A DNA stretch of 64,000 nucleotides from an uncultured Wenzhouxiangellaceae bacterium (lineage in GTDB: Bacteria; Pseudomonadota; Gammaproteobacteria; Xanthomonadales; SZUA-36). The position numbers and the translations under genes are program-made. Position 1 is the first letter of the stretch, and each line of letters opens with the position of its first letter. Location of the stretch: NCBI GenBank assembly GCA_964602895.1, contig CAZRTG010000001.1, positions 494-64,493 of the forward strand, given 5' to 3'. Of the stretch, positions 47,881 through 58,215 are shown piece by piece. The notes below the pieces were generated by a model that was given only the letters and a program-made list of their open reading frames with translations, made no database searches and had not been told where the DNA came from.

Positions 47881-48171
47881 AGGGGAATTCTCCTCAATGC
47901 GGTACGCTGACTGCCGGACTGCGGTACGCAAATTGTCTAACTGCGGGGCGCAGATGATAAACTTACAGGGACAGAACTTAGTGAAGTTCATTGAACACTA
48001 CAAACGAAAGATATTGATGATTGCCATTAGGCCCCTGATGTCAGACCCGGACTCTGACCTTTGATTTTCATTACCCACTGCTTTAGCCAGCAGGTTGTGG
48101 TTTGTGTCGTATCTCTCCAGGGGCCGAGGTGGAATGTCACTTTGAAAGGTATTCGCTAACAGGACTCATTC

Positions 48172-49107
48172 GTGCAAAACCCATCATCACCACGTCGATT
48201 ACCCCCTTTGAACGCCGTACGGGCTTTTGAAGCAGCTGCACGGTATTGCAGTTTCACACGTGCAGCCGATGAACTTTTTGTAACCCAGGGTGCGGTCAGC
48301 CACCAGGTGAAGCTGCTGGAAGAGTGGTTTGGATTTCTGCTTTTTGATCGCCACAAGCGTGATCTGCAGCTGACCCGAAAAGGCGAGGAATATCTGCCGG
48401 CGGTGCGCATCATGTTGAATGATCTGCACAATGCCACGCGCACTTTGCTGGATGAGGACAATGAGCGACTGTTGTGTGTCTCGGTCGCCGAATCATTTGC
48501 CGTGAACTGGTTGATCAATCGATTGGGAAGCTTTGCGAAACAGCATCCCGACCTCGATATACGTTTGGCTTCGCAGAACCAGATTGACGACCTCGGCAAC
48601 GTCATCGGTGAAGAAGGCCCGAATTGGGTTGACCTCAGAATCCGCTATGGTCGGGGCAAATGGCCTGGTCTGCACATCACCAAACTCTTCGATGAAGAGG
48701 TGTTTCCAGTCTGCAGCCCGGACCTGATCCAGCCGGACAAACCCATTTCCAGCCTGGATGATCTGGCCAACTACACACTGATCCACGACGACATGCAGAT
48801 GTCATGGGAGTCCTGGGTACGGTCGGTGGGTTATTCCCAGGCAATCAGTTCCAGAGGTCCCAAATTCAGCCACTCTCACATGGCAATACAGGCCGCTCTC
48901 AATGGTGAGGGCATCGTATTGGGACGCAGTGTTTTGACTCTGGATTTCCTGAAAACCGGGCAGTTGGTCCGTCCTTTGCCAATATCCGTTCCTGCCGAAC
49001 ACTCCTATTTTCTCCTTTGTCAGGAACGCATGATTGGCGATGCCAAAGTCAAAGCGTTTACTGCCTGGTTGCAGAAAGAAGCGAAAGAATTCACCGCTAG
49101 CCAGTAG
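48172..49107 (+). CDS. LysR-family transcriptional regulator (GcvA-like)
   Basis: HTH block LPPLNAVRAFEAAARYCSFTRAADELFVTQGAVSHQVKLLE. GTG start with AGGA 7 nt upstream. Divergent from the 47880-33070 operon. Confidence 0.9.
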   Translation: MQNPSSPRRLPPLNAVRAFEAAARYCSFTRAADELFVTQGAVSHQVKLLEEWFGFLLFDRHKRDLQLTRKGEEYLPAVRIMLNDLHNATRTLLDEDNERLLCVSVAESFAVNWLINRLGSFAKQHPDLDIRLASQNQIDDLGNVIGEEGPNWVDLRIRYGRGKWPGLHITKLFDEEVFPVCSPDLIQPDKPISSLDDLANYTLIHDDMQMSWESWVRSVGYSQAISSRGPKFSHSHMAIQAALNGEGIVLGRSVLTLDFLKTGQLVRPLPISVPAEHSYFLLCQERMIGDAKVKAFTAWLQKEAKEFTASQ

Positions 49108-50371
49108 CGGGAGTCTGCTTTGCAGGGCTGACCACGTCCCGCAACAGGCGCATGTCTGCACTGCCGGGCGACTGGTGAATGCGCAGATCAAAATCACCAA
49201 CGATTGCGTAAATGTGATCAAAAATATCGCTTTGGATCTGCTCGTATTCTGCCCAGGCCGTGGTGTTGGTAAAGGCGTAGATTTCCATAGGAACACCTTT
49301 ATCTTCAGCTGCCAGCTGCCGCACCATCAAAGTCATGTCCTGATGAATACCCGGGTGCACCTTCAGGTAACTGACCAGATAAGCCCGTAAAGTACCGAGA
49401 TTGGTTAATCGCCGGCCATTGATCTTCAGCTCCATATTGAAATTTCCGGACTGATTGTACGATTCCAGCTCCTGTTCTTTTTCAGTCAGATAAGGCGCCA
49501 GCAGACTGGCCTTGTTGAGCCGGTCGATCAATTCCTGATCCATGAATTTCACACTGGTCACATCAATATAAACGGCGCGCTTGATCCGGCGGCCACCCGA
49601 CCGGGTCATGCCCTGCCAGTTCTTGAAGGAGCCAGAAATCAATGCATAGGTGGGAATGGTGGTAATGGTTTTGTCCCAGTTCTGTACCTTGACCGTGGTC
49701 AGTCCGATTTCAATCACATCTCCGTCTGCCCCGTAGGTGGGCATCTCCAGCCAATCACCTACCCTGAGCATGTTGTTGGATGAGAGCTGGATCCCCGCCA
49801 CGAAACCCAGGATGGGGTCCTTGAAAACCAGCATGACGACCGCCGTCATTGCACCCAACCCGCTGATGATCAGCAACGGCGAGCGATCCACAATGATGGA
49901 CACCATCAACACGATTGCGATGACGGCAAAAAGCAGTTTCAATGCCTGGATGAAACCCTGCACGGGTAAATTCTGTGAACGCCGGCTTCGGGTCGTGATG
50001 TAGGCAAAAGCGTCCAACAGCGCAAACACGGTCAGCAACAGGAACAGAACGATGCTCAACAGGGCCGTTGTTTGCAGAAAGATCCGCAGCAAAGAATCCG
50101 GATTCAACCAGAGCACCGCCTGCAGATAGACAATAAAGCTCTGAACCGTGAAGGCCAGCCGGCTGAACAGCTTTTCCTTGAACAACACCACTCGCCAGGT
50201 CTTCTGACGGCGATGCGTCATCTTCCTGACCAGGCCGCTTAAAACACGGTGCAACAACCAGTGAACCACCAGGGCAGTAAGAACAATAACCGCCAGCACC
50301 CCCAGGGCTATTTGAACCTGGGTAAGCTCAACTCCCCACTGGGAGAGTAAATTCTTGATGAAATTTCTCAT
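49097..50371 (-). CDS. MscS-family mechanosensitive channel
   Basis: N-terminal TM helices, then the conserved MscS beta-domain block VGDWLEMPTYGADGDVIEIGLTTVKVQNWDKT. Confidence 0.85.
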   Translation of the reverse strand: MRNFIKNLLSQWGVELTQVQIALGVLAVIVLTALVVHWLLHRVLSGLVRKMTHRRQKTWRVVLFKEKLFSRLAFTVQSFIVYLQAVLWLNPDSLLRIFLQTTALLSIVLFLLLTVFALLDAFAYITTRSRRSQNLPVQGFIQALKLLFAVIAIVLMVSIIVDRSPLLIISGLGAMTAVVMLVFKDPILGFVAGIQLSSNNMLRVGDWLEMPTYGADGDVIEIGLTTVKVQNWDKTITTIPTYALISGSFKNWQGMTRSGGRRIKRAVYIDVTSVKFMDQELIDRLNKASLLAPYLTEKEQELESYNQSGNFNMELKINGRRLTNLGTLRAYLVSYLKVHPGIHQDMTLMVRQLAAEDKGVPMEIYAFTNTTAWAEYEQIQSDIFDHIYAIVGDFDLRIHQSPGSADMRLLRDVVSPAKQTPATG

Positions 50372-50542
50372 GGCGACATTATCCTACAAACAAGCGACTT
50401 GGGCTTGGGCAAGACACTCCTGCCTATTTTCTAGGAATTTGTACCCGTACCTGCAATTGGCGCACAGGGATATGTGCAGTCGCACTCTCCAACACTCTAT
50501 ATTTTTCGTAAAACACTCAGTAGCGAATGGCTATCAACATTG

Positions 50543-52582
50543 TTACGGCCATAAAACTGCCGAGCTATTCCCTGTGGAATCCTTGGCCATGGCGATTATG
50601 CCCATTTGAGAGAGGTGGGATTCTGACCCTGCCAACCCGGAGTTTGACCAACGCGCGGTCCAGTTCATGTTAGACCTGATTACCGGAACCCGTTGCCCGT
50701 TCACATACACACGGAGGTCGATCGCTGACGCCGTTGATACATTGTTATCCGCAATTCCCGGAGCAAGTGTTCCGGTTATGATCAGTTCGGATGAGTTCAT
50801 TTCCTGGCTGACGCTCTCGATTGTGACATGGGGTGGTTTCTTTTGGTTGCGTATCTCAGGCCGTTGAAAAGTGCCTGTCAGAGAAATCGTTTCGTCAGGT
50901 AACGCAGGGGTTGAAACGGGAAGGACTCGCGCTTGCAGGACGGATTCGATGGCCGCGCCAAGTCGTAGCAATTTCTGTTCATCGAAGCGTTTGCCGACGA
51001 TGGTCAGACCCACAGGATAAACAACATCGGGTGACCCAGCGGCCTTATCAACATAGCCCATGGGAATGAAAAGTCCGGGGACACCGAGTTCGTTCAGGTA
51101 GTTAAACCCGTATAGCGGATCAGCATCGACATCACTGCTGGCGGGAAACAAAAGAGCATCAATTTTATGTTGATCCATCCAGCCTCCGAACAACGGACCA
51201 TCGGCCAGTGCCGCAGCATTGCGCAAGGCGTCACTCGCGGGAGAACTGGTGATTTCTAGACCCCTACCGTCGCGGAGAGCCTCGAAACGTTCCCTGAATC
51301 CCTGACCGTTTATCAGTGCCAGAACATCAAGCATGCGATCGGCCGGATCGCCGCACCAACCGCGGCAGAATTTTTCGAAAGCCCAGGCGAAGACGCGAAT
51401 ATTGGCAAGGGCGACACGAGCCGCATAAATGTCCTCGGCCTCAGGCCCAGCGTCGGAAACATCTCGATCTTCGTACCAGGTGTCGTCCAGAACCTGATCG
51501 ACCGGAACGTCGATTTCAATAACTCTGGCCCCGGCACTAATGAGTTTCTCCCGGGTCACGGCAAAGACATCCAGTATCGGTTGCCCAGGTGAGAGATAGG
51601 CCGGCGGAGCAGATTTTTGTGCTGCCAGACGCTCTGGGAATGCAAAGGTTACGCCATGCAGGATGTCAGATGTATCATCTATGGGCGGTGGCATATAGCT
51701 TGCCGGTCTACGTTCCATCATAGGCGGAAGAAACGGTTCCAAAAAGTTTTCCGGATCCTGAGCAACCACCACATCGAGCACCAGGGCTAGATCCCGTACT
51801 GTTCGCGCCATCGGACCAACAACGTCGAATAATGGGTCAGCCGGGCAGATTCCGGCTGTTGAAATCAGTCCCAACGTAGGTCGAATCGAGACAATATTGT
51901 TTCGCGAAGCGGGCATTCTCAAGGAGCCCGCAGTGTCGGTGCCAAAAGATAGCCCGGTCAGACTTGCAGTCACGGCCACCGCAGAGCCGCCGCTGCTGCC
52001 GCTTACGATCTCGGAGCCATAGGGATTGGTGATCGCTCCGAAAGCTTCGGAAACACCGGTCATATCACCGGCAAAACTGTCCAGATTGGCTTTGCCCATG
52101 ACGATGGCGCCCGCCTGACGCATTTTGGCAACGAGGAAAGCATCCTCAACCGGCATCATGTTTTTCCACGCTTTCATTCCCACCGATGTTGGCAGGCCGA
52201 ACACATTAATTGAATCCTTGAACAGGACGGGAATGCCATGCAGTGGACCGAGCAGGATGCCGTCAGCGCGTAATTTGTCCGCGCGTGCTGCCTCCTGCAG
52301 CAGGCCGGGATTGAGAACCGGAACGGCATTCAGCTCTGGTCCATTATGGTCGTAGGCAAAGATGCGATTGAGGTAAAGGGCCGTGAGTTCGACGCTGCTG
52401 AGAGCGCCGGAAGCCATGGCGGTCTGAAGCTGTTCCAGCGAAGCTGTGCTGAGGGTTATGGTTGTGTTTTCTGTTTGCTTTTGAACTGTCTGATCGGGGA
52501 CAGTTTGTGATATGGCTGTAGTCGCCATGATGGCGAAGGCCACGCCAGCCAATAATTGAATTCCAAATGTCGTGACCTTCAT
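50543..52582 (-). CDS. secreted amidase-signature (AS) family amidase with a long C-terminal extension
   Basis: Signal peptide. AS motif GSSGGSAVAV with upstream GLPTSVG. 679 aa, compared with about 480-500 aa for typical AS amidases. Confidence 0.82.
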   Translation of the reverse strand: MKVTTFGIQLLAGVAFAIMATTAISQTVPDQTVQKQTENTTITLSTASLEQLQTAMASGALSSVELTALYLNRIFAYDHNGPELNAVPVLNPGLLQEAARADKLRADGILLGPLHGIPVLFKDSINVFGLPTSVGMKAWKNMMPVEDAFLVAKMRQAGAIVMGKANLDSFAGDMTGVSEAFGAITNPYGSEIVSGSSGGSAVAVTASLTGLSFGTDTAGSLRMPASRNNIVSIRPTLGLISTAGICPADPLFDVVGPMARTVRDLALVLDVVVAQDPENFLEPFLPPMMERRPASYMPPPIDDTSDILHGVTFAFPERLAAQKSAPPAYLSPGQPILDVFAVTREKLISAGARVIEIDVPVDQVLDDTWYEDRDVSDAGPEAEDIYAARVALANIRVFAWAFEKFCRGWCGDPADRMLDVLALINGQGFRERFEALRDGRGLEITSSPASDALRNAAALADGPLFGGWMDQHKIDALLFPASSDVDADPLYGFNYLNELGVPGLFIPMGYVDKAAGSPDVVYPVGLTIVGKRFDEQKLLRLGAAIESVLQARVLPVSTPALPDETISLTGTFQRPEIRNQKKPPHVTIESVSQEMNSSELIITGTLAPGIADNNVSTASAIDLRVYVNGQRVPVIRSNMNWTARWSNSGLAGSESHLSQMGIIAMAKDSTGNSSAVLWP

Positions 52583-52703
52583 TTCGCGGAGACTCCTTTT
52601 TCAAACTTGTGATGATGTTAGGGGAAAGCAGCCGCTATATACAGTGAGGCTATTAGTTCCAACGTAATTTAGCGCATAAGGGTGCATAAAGGGGGCGGTG
52701 CAT

Positions 52704-52754
52704 AAAGGGGACGGGGCAAATTAATTCGTATTAATTTGCCCCGTCCCCTTTTTT
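52704..52754. repeat. hairpin element copy 1: perfect 19-bp stem GGGGACGGGGCAAATTAAT, 4-nt loop, A-tract/T-tract flanks
   Basis: Read directly. It is preceded at 52672-52703 by degenerate tandem copies of GCATAA(A)GGGG. It sits in a divergent promoter region, so it terminates neither flanking gene. Confidence 0.9.
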
Positions 52755-52796
52755 CCTTGGATAATGAAGTTTTAGTGATGTGAAGCAGGAATACCG

Positions 52797-54242
52797 TTGA
52801 GTCTGTCGTTTGCCACCCTCGTTCAATTACGCAAGAGCCATCCTGGCTGGCGCTTGTTGTTGGCTGACCACGCTGCCCTGATTGCCAGCTTCCTGCAGCA
52901 CACCTTCATCGAGTCGAATGTTCGGGTCATGTCTCAGCCGGAGCTGGAATTGCGTCTGGAGGACTTGCTGTTCCAGCTACGGGAGACCGAGGGCGAGGGC
53001 ACTTTTCCCCGCAGTGCTCGTGACTACCTTGACGACTGGGCACAAACGGATCGCGGCTGGTTGCGCAAATTCTATCCACCCGGATCGGATGAGGCTCACT
53101 TTGACCTCACACCCGCCACTGAGAAGGCCATTGCCTGGCTCGAATCGCTGGCACAGCGGGCTTTTGTAGGCACCGAATCACGTTTGATGACGGTATTTGA
53201 GCTGCTGCGTCAGATGGTTGCCGGCAGTGAAACCGATGCCGCCAGTCGAATTGAAGAACTGGAGCAGCGACGGGATGAAATTGACCGCGAAATTGAACGT
53301 GTCCGAGCGGGCGAAATCAGCGTGCTGGACGATACCGCGCTGCGGGATCGCTTCCAGCAGGCCAGCAGCACGGCCAGAGAACTGCTCAGTGACTTCCGCG
53401 AGGTCGAACACAACTTCCGCCAGCTGGATTTACAGGTGCGCGAGCAGATCGCCCGTTGGGAAGGCCGCAAGGGTGAACTGTTGGGGAAAATCCTGGGCGA
53501 GCGGGATAATATTGCTGACTCGGACCAGGGCCGCAGTTTCCGGGCCTTCTGGGATTTTCTGATGGCACCGGCGAGTCAGGATGAATTGACCGAGCTGTTG
53601 CAAAAGGTGTTCGAGCTCGAAGCCGTGAGCAGCCTCAATATTGATGGCCGTTTCAAGCGCATCCACTTTGACTGGCTCGAAGCCGGCGAGCATACCCAGC
53701 GCACCGTGGCGCGGTTGTCACAACAGTTGCGCCGTTACCTGGACGATCAAGCCTACCTTGAGAACAAACGCATCATGCAACTGCTTGACGGGATCTCAGC
53801 CCGGGCGCTGGCCATTCGCGAGCAGTTGCCTGGCGGTGTTTTTTTTACCCTGGCCGCCTCGTCCCCGACGATACAACTGCCAATGGAGCGTCCGCTCTAC
53901 AACCCGCCGCTGAAACCCGTGCTGGATACCATGATCGCCATGGCTGATATCAGTGATATTGATACCGAAGCCCTATATGATCAGGTCGCTATCGACAAGC
54001 CCCTGCTAAAAGCGCAAATCCGCCAACTGTTGCAACAACGCTCCCAGGTTACGCTCGCAGAAGTGGTGGGCAAACACCCCTTGCAGCACGGACTGGCGGA
54101 ACTGGTTGCGTATCTGACCCTTGCAAGCGAGGAGAAGCATGCTTTGTTTGATGATGACCACCCGGAACAGATTGGCTGGCATGACCCTGATGGCCTGCTG
54201 CGCCAGGCCAGGCTGCCCCGTGTGATATTTTCCAGGCCATGA
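52797..54242 (+). CDS. jetA: Wadjet JetA (MksF-like kleisin, DUF3375-type)
   Basis: 481 aa and the first gene of the four-gene operon. TTG start with AGGA 7 nt upstream. The N-terminal pattern LRKSHPGWRLLLADHAALIASFLQHTF and the helical/charged middle are typical of DUF3375 proteins as I recall them. Confidence 0.8.
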   Translation: MSLSFATLVQLRKSHPGWRLLLADHAALIASFLQHTFIESNVRVMSQPELELRLEDLLFQLRETEGEGTFPRSARDYLDDWAQTDRGWLRKFYPPGSDEAHFDLTPATEKAIAWLESLAQRAFVGTESRLMTVFELLRQMVAGSETDAASRIEELEQRRDEIDREIERVRAGEISVLDDTALRDRFQQASSTARELLSDFREVEHNFRQLDLQVREQIARWEGRKGELLGKILGERDNIADSDQGRSFRAFWDFLMAPASQDELTELLQKVFELEAVSSLNIDGRFKRIHFDWLEAGEHTQRTVARLSQQLRRYLDDQAYLENKRIMQLLDGISARALAIREQLPGGVFFTLAASSPTIQLPMERPLYNPPLKPVLDTMIAMADISDIDTEALYDQVAIDKPLLKAQIRQLLQQRSQVTLAEVVGKHPLQHGLAELVAYLTLASEEKHALFDDDHPEQIGWHDPDGLLRQARLPRVIFSRP

Positions 54243-54841
54243 ATTCAAACCCCAACACCCAGGACAACCGCTTGTCACTGCTGCTGATTGCGCTTATGAA
54301 AGGTGTGTTATATCAGGAGCAGGACGCCAAACTCTGGCAACATCTGCTTGAACTCCAGGCAAGGGTGCGCGACTACGTTGCTGTGCTGGGGCTTGAACTG
54401 ATGCTTGACGAAGCCGAAGGCTATGCCTGGCTGCGCAGTCGCCCTGTCGAAGAGAATGAGACCGAGCTTCCGCGACTGGTGGGCCGGCGTCAGCTGTCCT
54501 ATCCGGTGAGTCTGCTGATCGCGCTGCTGCGGCGTAAATTGGCGGAGTTCGACGCGGGTGGTGGTGACACAAGGCTGATTTTGTCGCGGGATGATATCGT
54601 CGAACTGATGCGAACCTTTCTGCCGCCAGGTTCGACTGAGGCGCGTTTGGTTGATCAGATCGAGGCGCATATCAACAAGGTGGTTGAGCTTGGCTTTGTC
54701 CGACGATTGCGTGGTCAGGAACAGATGGTCGAAGTGCGACGTATACTCAAGGCCTTTGTCGACGCCCAGTGGCTCAATGAATTTGACGCCCGGCTGGCGA
54801 CCTATCAGACACAACTGTCCAACGATGAGGAAACGGACTGA
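54239..54841 (+). CDS. jetB: Wadjet JetB (MksE-like KITE subunit, DUF4194-type)
   Basis: 200 aa. LLLIALMKGVLYQEQDAKLWQHLL...VRDYVAVLGLELMLDEAEGYAWLR matches the DUF4194 pattern. ATGA overlap with jetA. Confidence 0.82.
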   Translation: MNSNPNTQDNRLSLLLIALMKGVLYQEQDAKLWQHLLELQARVRDYVAVLGLELMLDEAEGYAWLRSRPVEENETELPRLVGRRQLSYPVSLLIALLRRKLAEFDAGGGDTRLILSRDDIVELMRTFLPPGSTEARLVDQIEAHINKVVELGFVRRLRGQEQMVEVRRILKAFVDAQWLNEFDARLATYQTQLSNDEETD

Positions 54842-57800
54842 TGCAGGAAGGCTTACTGGATTTCGCTTCCAGCGATGAGCTGGCCGGATTCCGTCTGCAT
54901 CGGCTTGAAGTCTACAACTGGGGCACCTTCGATCAGCGGGTATGGACACTGGACCCCAAAGGTGAAAACAGCTTGCTGACTGGCGACATTGGCTCCGGCA
55001 AGTCGACTCTGGTGGATGCCATCACCACCCTGCTGGTTCCGGCGCAGCGCGTCGCCTATAACAAGGCTGCCGGTGCCGAGTCACGCGAGCGCACTTTGCG
55101 CTCTTATGTGCTTGGCTACTTCAAGTCCGAGCGCAGCGAAAGCGGCCATGCAGCCAAACCCGTTGCCCTGCGCGACCAAAACAATTTCTCCATCATTCTG
55201 GGGGTTTTTCGCAACACCGGTTACGACCAGGACGTGACCCTCGCTCAGGTCTTCTGGAGCAGGGACAGCAGTGGCCAGCCATCGCGATTTTATATCGTTG
55301 CGGATCAGATACTGAGCATTGCCACCGATTTTGCCGATTTTGGCAACGACATCAAACAGCTGCGCAAACGGCTGCGTGAGCGGGCCGGTATTGAAGGGCC
55401 TTTCGACAGTTTTCCACCCTATGAAGCCGCCTTTCGCAGGCGCTTTGGTATCGACAATGCCCAAGCCCTGGAGTTGTTCCATCAGACCGTATCAATGAAG
55501 TCAGTCGGCAACCTCACCGACTTTGTGCGCGAGCACATGCTTGAGGTGTTCGAAGTCGAGCCACGAATTGAGGCCCTGATCAGTCACTTTGAGGATCTCA
55601 ACCGCGCTCACGAAGCGGTACTCAAAGCACGTGACCAGGTCGAACGCCTGACACCCCTGGTACAGGATTGTGAGCGCCACCGCAAAGTCGCCGAACAGAG
55701 TCGCTATTGGCGCGATTGTCGCGACGGTTTGCGGTTCTACTTCGCCGGACTGAAAGCCGGTTTGCTCGACAAGCGCCAGATCAGGCTGAAAGATGAAGCC
55801 GAGCGATTGCGTACCCGCGCCGCGCAACAGGCCGAACTACGGCGGCGTCAGTTGGGTGATCGGGACCAGCTCAAGAGCGCCATTGCTGCCAATGGGGGTG
55901 ACCGCCTGGAACGGCTCAAGACCGAAATCGGCGCACGCCATTCAGAATTACAAAAACGCCGCACACGCGCTGACCGATACGCCGAGTTGGCCGACCGCCT
56001 TGAACTGCCCCGCGTCACATCGCTCGATCAATTTCTCAACAATCGCAGTAGCGTGCAACAACGCCTGGCCACGACCGATGAGCGCGAAACGGAACTGCAG
56101 AACAGCAGCGTTGACCAGGCTGTTGAACTGCGGCGCCTGAAAGCCGACCACAGCGCTCTCGACACCGAACTGACCTCGTTGCGTCAGCGCCGCAGTAATA
56201 TCGAAGCACGTCAGATCCAGATTCGCCGCCTGTTGTGTGATGCACTCGGGCTGGACGAGGCCGAAATGCCATTTGTCGGCGAACTGCTGCAGGTGCGTGA
56301 GTCTGAATCCGCCTGGGAAGGTGTGGCTGAAAGGCTGTTACACAATTTCAGTCTGTCACTGTTGGTGCCCGATCCGCATTACGCAGCCGTTGCCGAATGG
56401 GTTGATCGCACGCAGCTCCAGGGCCGCTTGGTGTACTACCGTGTACGCTCCGATCACAGGGCCGCACCGGCAGCAGATACCCAACCCGACTCGCTGGTAC
56501 ACAAGCTTGATATCAAGCCGGACAGCGAATTCTACTCCTGGCTGGAGCAGGAGTTGGTCAGGCGCTTTGACTATGTTTGCTGCGACTCGCTGGAGCGTTT
56601 CCGTCGGGAACATCGTGCGGTGACTCTGGCCGGCCAGGTCAAAACCGGCGGGCAGCGCCACGAAAAGGATGATCGGCACCGGCTTGATGATCGCAGCCGT
56701 TATGTATTGGGCTGGAGCAATGAGGCCAAAATCGCCGCATTGCAAAATCGATCGCAAGGACTGGAGCAGGAGATCCAGGCTGCAGCCGATCGCCTGGCTA
56801 TCGCGCAGCGCCACATTCGTGAGCTCAGCGAAGAGAAATCCAGTCTCGTGCAAATTGAAATGTTTATCGATTTTGATGAACTTGACTGGCAGCAGTTGGC
56901 CCGCAGCATTGCCGACCTGGAAGCGGACCGGGCTGCTCTGGAAGCCAGCTCGGATACACTGAAAACCCTCAACGCCCAGTTGCTTGCGCTGGAAGATGAC
57001 ATGGCCAAGGCCGAACAGCATCTTATGGCGCTGAATAACGATCTGGCACGCAACGATGAAAAGCAGGCCCAGGTCAGTGCCCAGCTTGAAGACTGCCACG
57101 AACAACTCGCTGCCTGTACTGAAGAAGTCCGTGCCGGTCTCGATGCCGAACTGGAACCACTGCGTGCCCGGGCGCTGGGCGAGCATCTGTTGACGGTGGA
57201 ATCCTGCGACAACCGGGAACGCGAAATGCGCGAGTGGTTGCAAGCCAGGATCGACACTTCAGATAAACGTATGCAACGACTGGAGCAGAGCATAGTCGCC
57301 GCCATGCAGGATTACCGTCACGCGTACCCACTGGACACCCAGGAGGTCGACGCCCGTCTCGAAGCTGCTGACGAGTACGGTCAGATGCTGGAGCAACTAA
57401 AGGCGGACGATCTGCCGCGTTTTGCCAAGCGCTTCAAGGCATTACTGAACGAGAATACGATTCGTGAGGTAGCCGGATTTCAGTCCAAGCTCAAAAGTGA
57501 GCGCCAGATCATCCAGGAGCGTATCGACCGCATCAACCAGTCGCTGGCTGATATCGAATACAACCCCGGACGCTATATCGTGCTTGAAGCCCAGGCCAAC
57601 CAGGACGCCGAAATTCGTGACTTCCAACAGCAACTGCGCGCCTGCACTGAAGGCACTTTCACCGGTACGGAAGAAGAAAATTATGCCGAAACCAAGTTCC
57701 TGCAAGTCAAGGAGATCATTGATCGCTTGCGCGGCCGTGAAGGCACCACGGAGCTGGACCGGCGCTGGACCCGCAAGGTTACTGATGTGCGCAACTGGTA

Positions 57801-58215
57801 TCAGTTTGCAGCCTCGGAACGATGGCAACACGACGGCAGTGAATACGAACACTACACGGATTCCGGTGGCAAGTCGGGTGGCCAAAAGGAGAAGCTGGCC
57901 TACACCGTGCTCGCTGCCAGCCTGGCTTACCAGTTCGGTCTTGAATGGGGCGCTGTGCGCTCACGCAGCTTCCGTTTTGTAGTGATCGACGAAGCTTTTG
58001 GCCGCGGTTCCGATGAATCGGCACGTTACGGCCTGGAACTGTTCAAACGTTTGCATCTGCAACTGTTGATTGTCACACCGCTACAGAAAATCCATATCAT
58101 CGAACCGTTTGTTGCCAACGTCGGCTTTGTGCACAACCCTGATGGCCGCGACTCACAACTGCGCAACCTCAGCATTCAGGAATACCGCGCCGAACGAGAA
58201 GCACGTTCGGCATGA
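54841..58215 (+). CDS. jetC: Wadjet JetC (MksB/MukB-like SMC ATPase)
   Basis: 1124 aa. N-terminal Walker A GDIGSGKST. About 700 aa of Glu/Arg/Leu-rich coiled coil. C-terminal signature-like SGGQKE and Walker B FVVIDEAF. The start overlaps the jetB stop. Confidence 0.88.
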   Translation: MQEGLLDFASSDELAGFRLHRLEVYNWGTFDQRVWTLDPKGENSLLTGDIGSGKSTLVDAITTLLVPAQRVAYNKAAGAESRERTLRSYVLGYFKSERSESGHAAKPVALRDQNNFSIILGVFRNTGYDQDVTLAQVFWSRDSSGQPSRFYIVADQILSIATDFADFGNDIKQLRKRLRERAGIEGPFDSFPPYEAAFRRRFGIDNAQALELFHQTVSMKSVGNLTDFVREHMLEVFEVEPRIEALISHFEDLNRAHEAVLKARDQVERLTPLVQDCERHRKVAEQSRYWRDCRDGLRFYFAGLKAGLLDKRQIRLKDEAERLRTRAAQQAELRRRQLGDRDQLKSAIAANGGDRLERLKTEIGARHSELQKRRTRADRYAELADRLELPRVTSLDQFLNNRSSVQQRLATTDERETELQNSSVDQAVELRRLKADHSALDTELTSLRQRRSNIEARQIQIRRLLCDALGLDEAEMPFVGELLQVRESESAWEGVAERLLHNFSLSLLVPDPHYAAVAEWVDRTQLQGRLVYYRVRSDHRAAPAADTQPDSLVHKLDIKPDSEFYSWLEQELVRRFDYVCCDSLERFRREHRAVTLAGQVKTGGQRHEKDDRHRLDDRSRYVLGWSNEAKIAALQNRSQGLEQEIQAAADRLAIAQRHIRELSEEKSSLVQIEMFIDFDELDWQQLARSIADLEADRAALEASSDTLKTLNAQLLALEDDMAKAEQHLMALNNDLARNDEKQAQVSAQLEDCHEQLAACTEEVRAGLDAELEPLRARALGEHLLTVESCDNREREMREWLQARIDTSDKRMQRLEQSIVAAMQDYRHAYPLDTQEVDARLEAADEYGQMLEQLKADDLPRFAKRFKALLNENTIREVAGFQSKLKSERQIIQERIDRINQSLADIEYNPGRYIVLEAQANQDAEIRDFQQQLRACTEGTFTGTEEENYAETKFLQVKEIIDRLRGREGTTELDRRWTRKVTDVRNWYQFAASERWQHDGSEYEHYTDSGGKSGGQKEKLAYTVLAASLAYQFGLEWGAVRSRSFRFVVIDEAFGRGSDESARYGLELFKRLHLQLLIVTPLQKIHIIEPFVANVGFVHNPDGRDSQLRNLSIQEYRAEREARSA

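Noticed and set aside
54841-58215. The 1124-aa ATPase as a housekeeping SMC/MukB, RecN or SbcC
   Set aside because: - It is translationally coupled to DUF3375-like, DUF4194-like and Toprim/DUF2220-like genes, which is the JetABCD arrangement.
- No mukE/mukF, scpA/scpB or sbcD partner is present.
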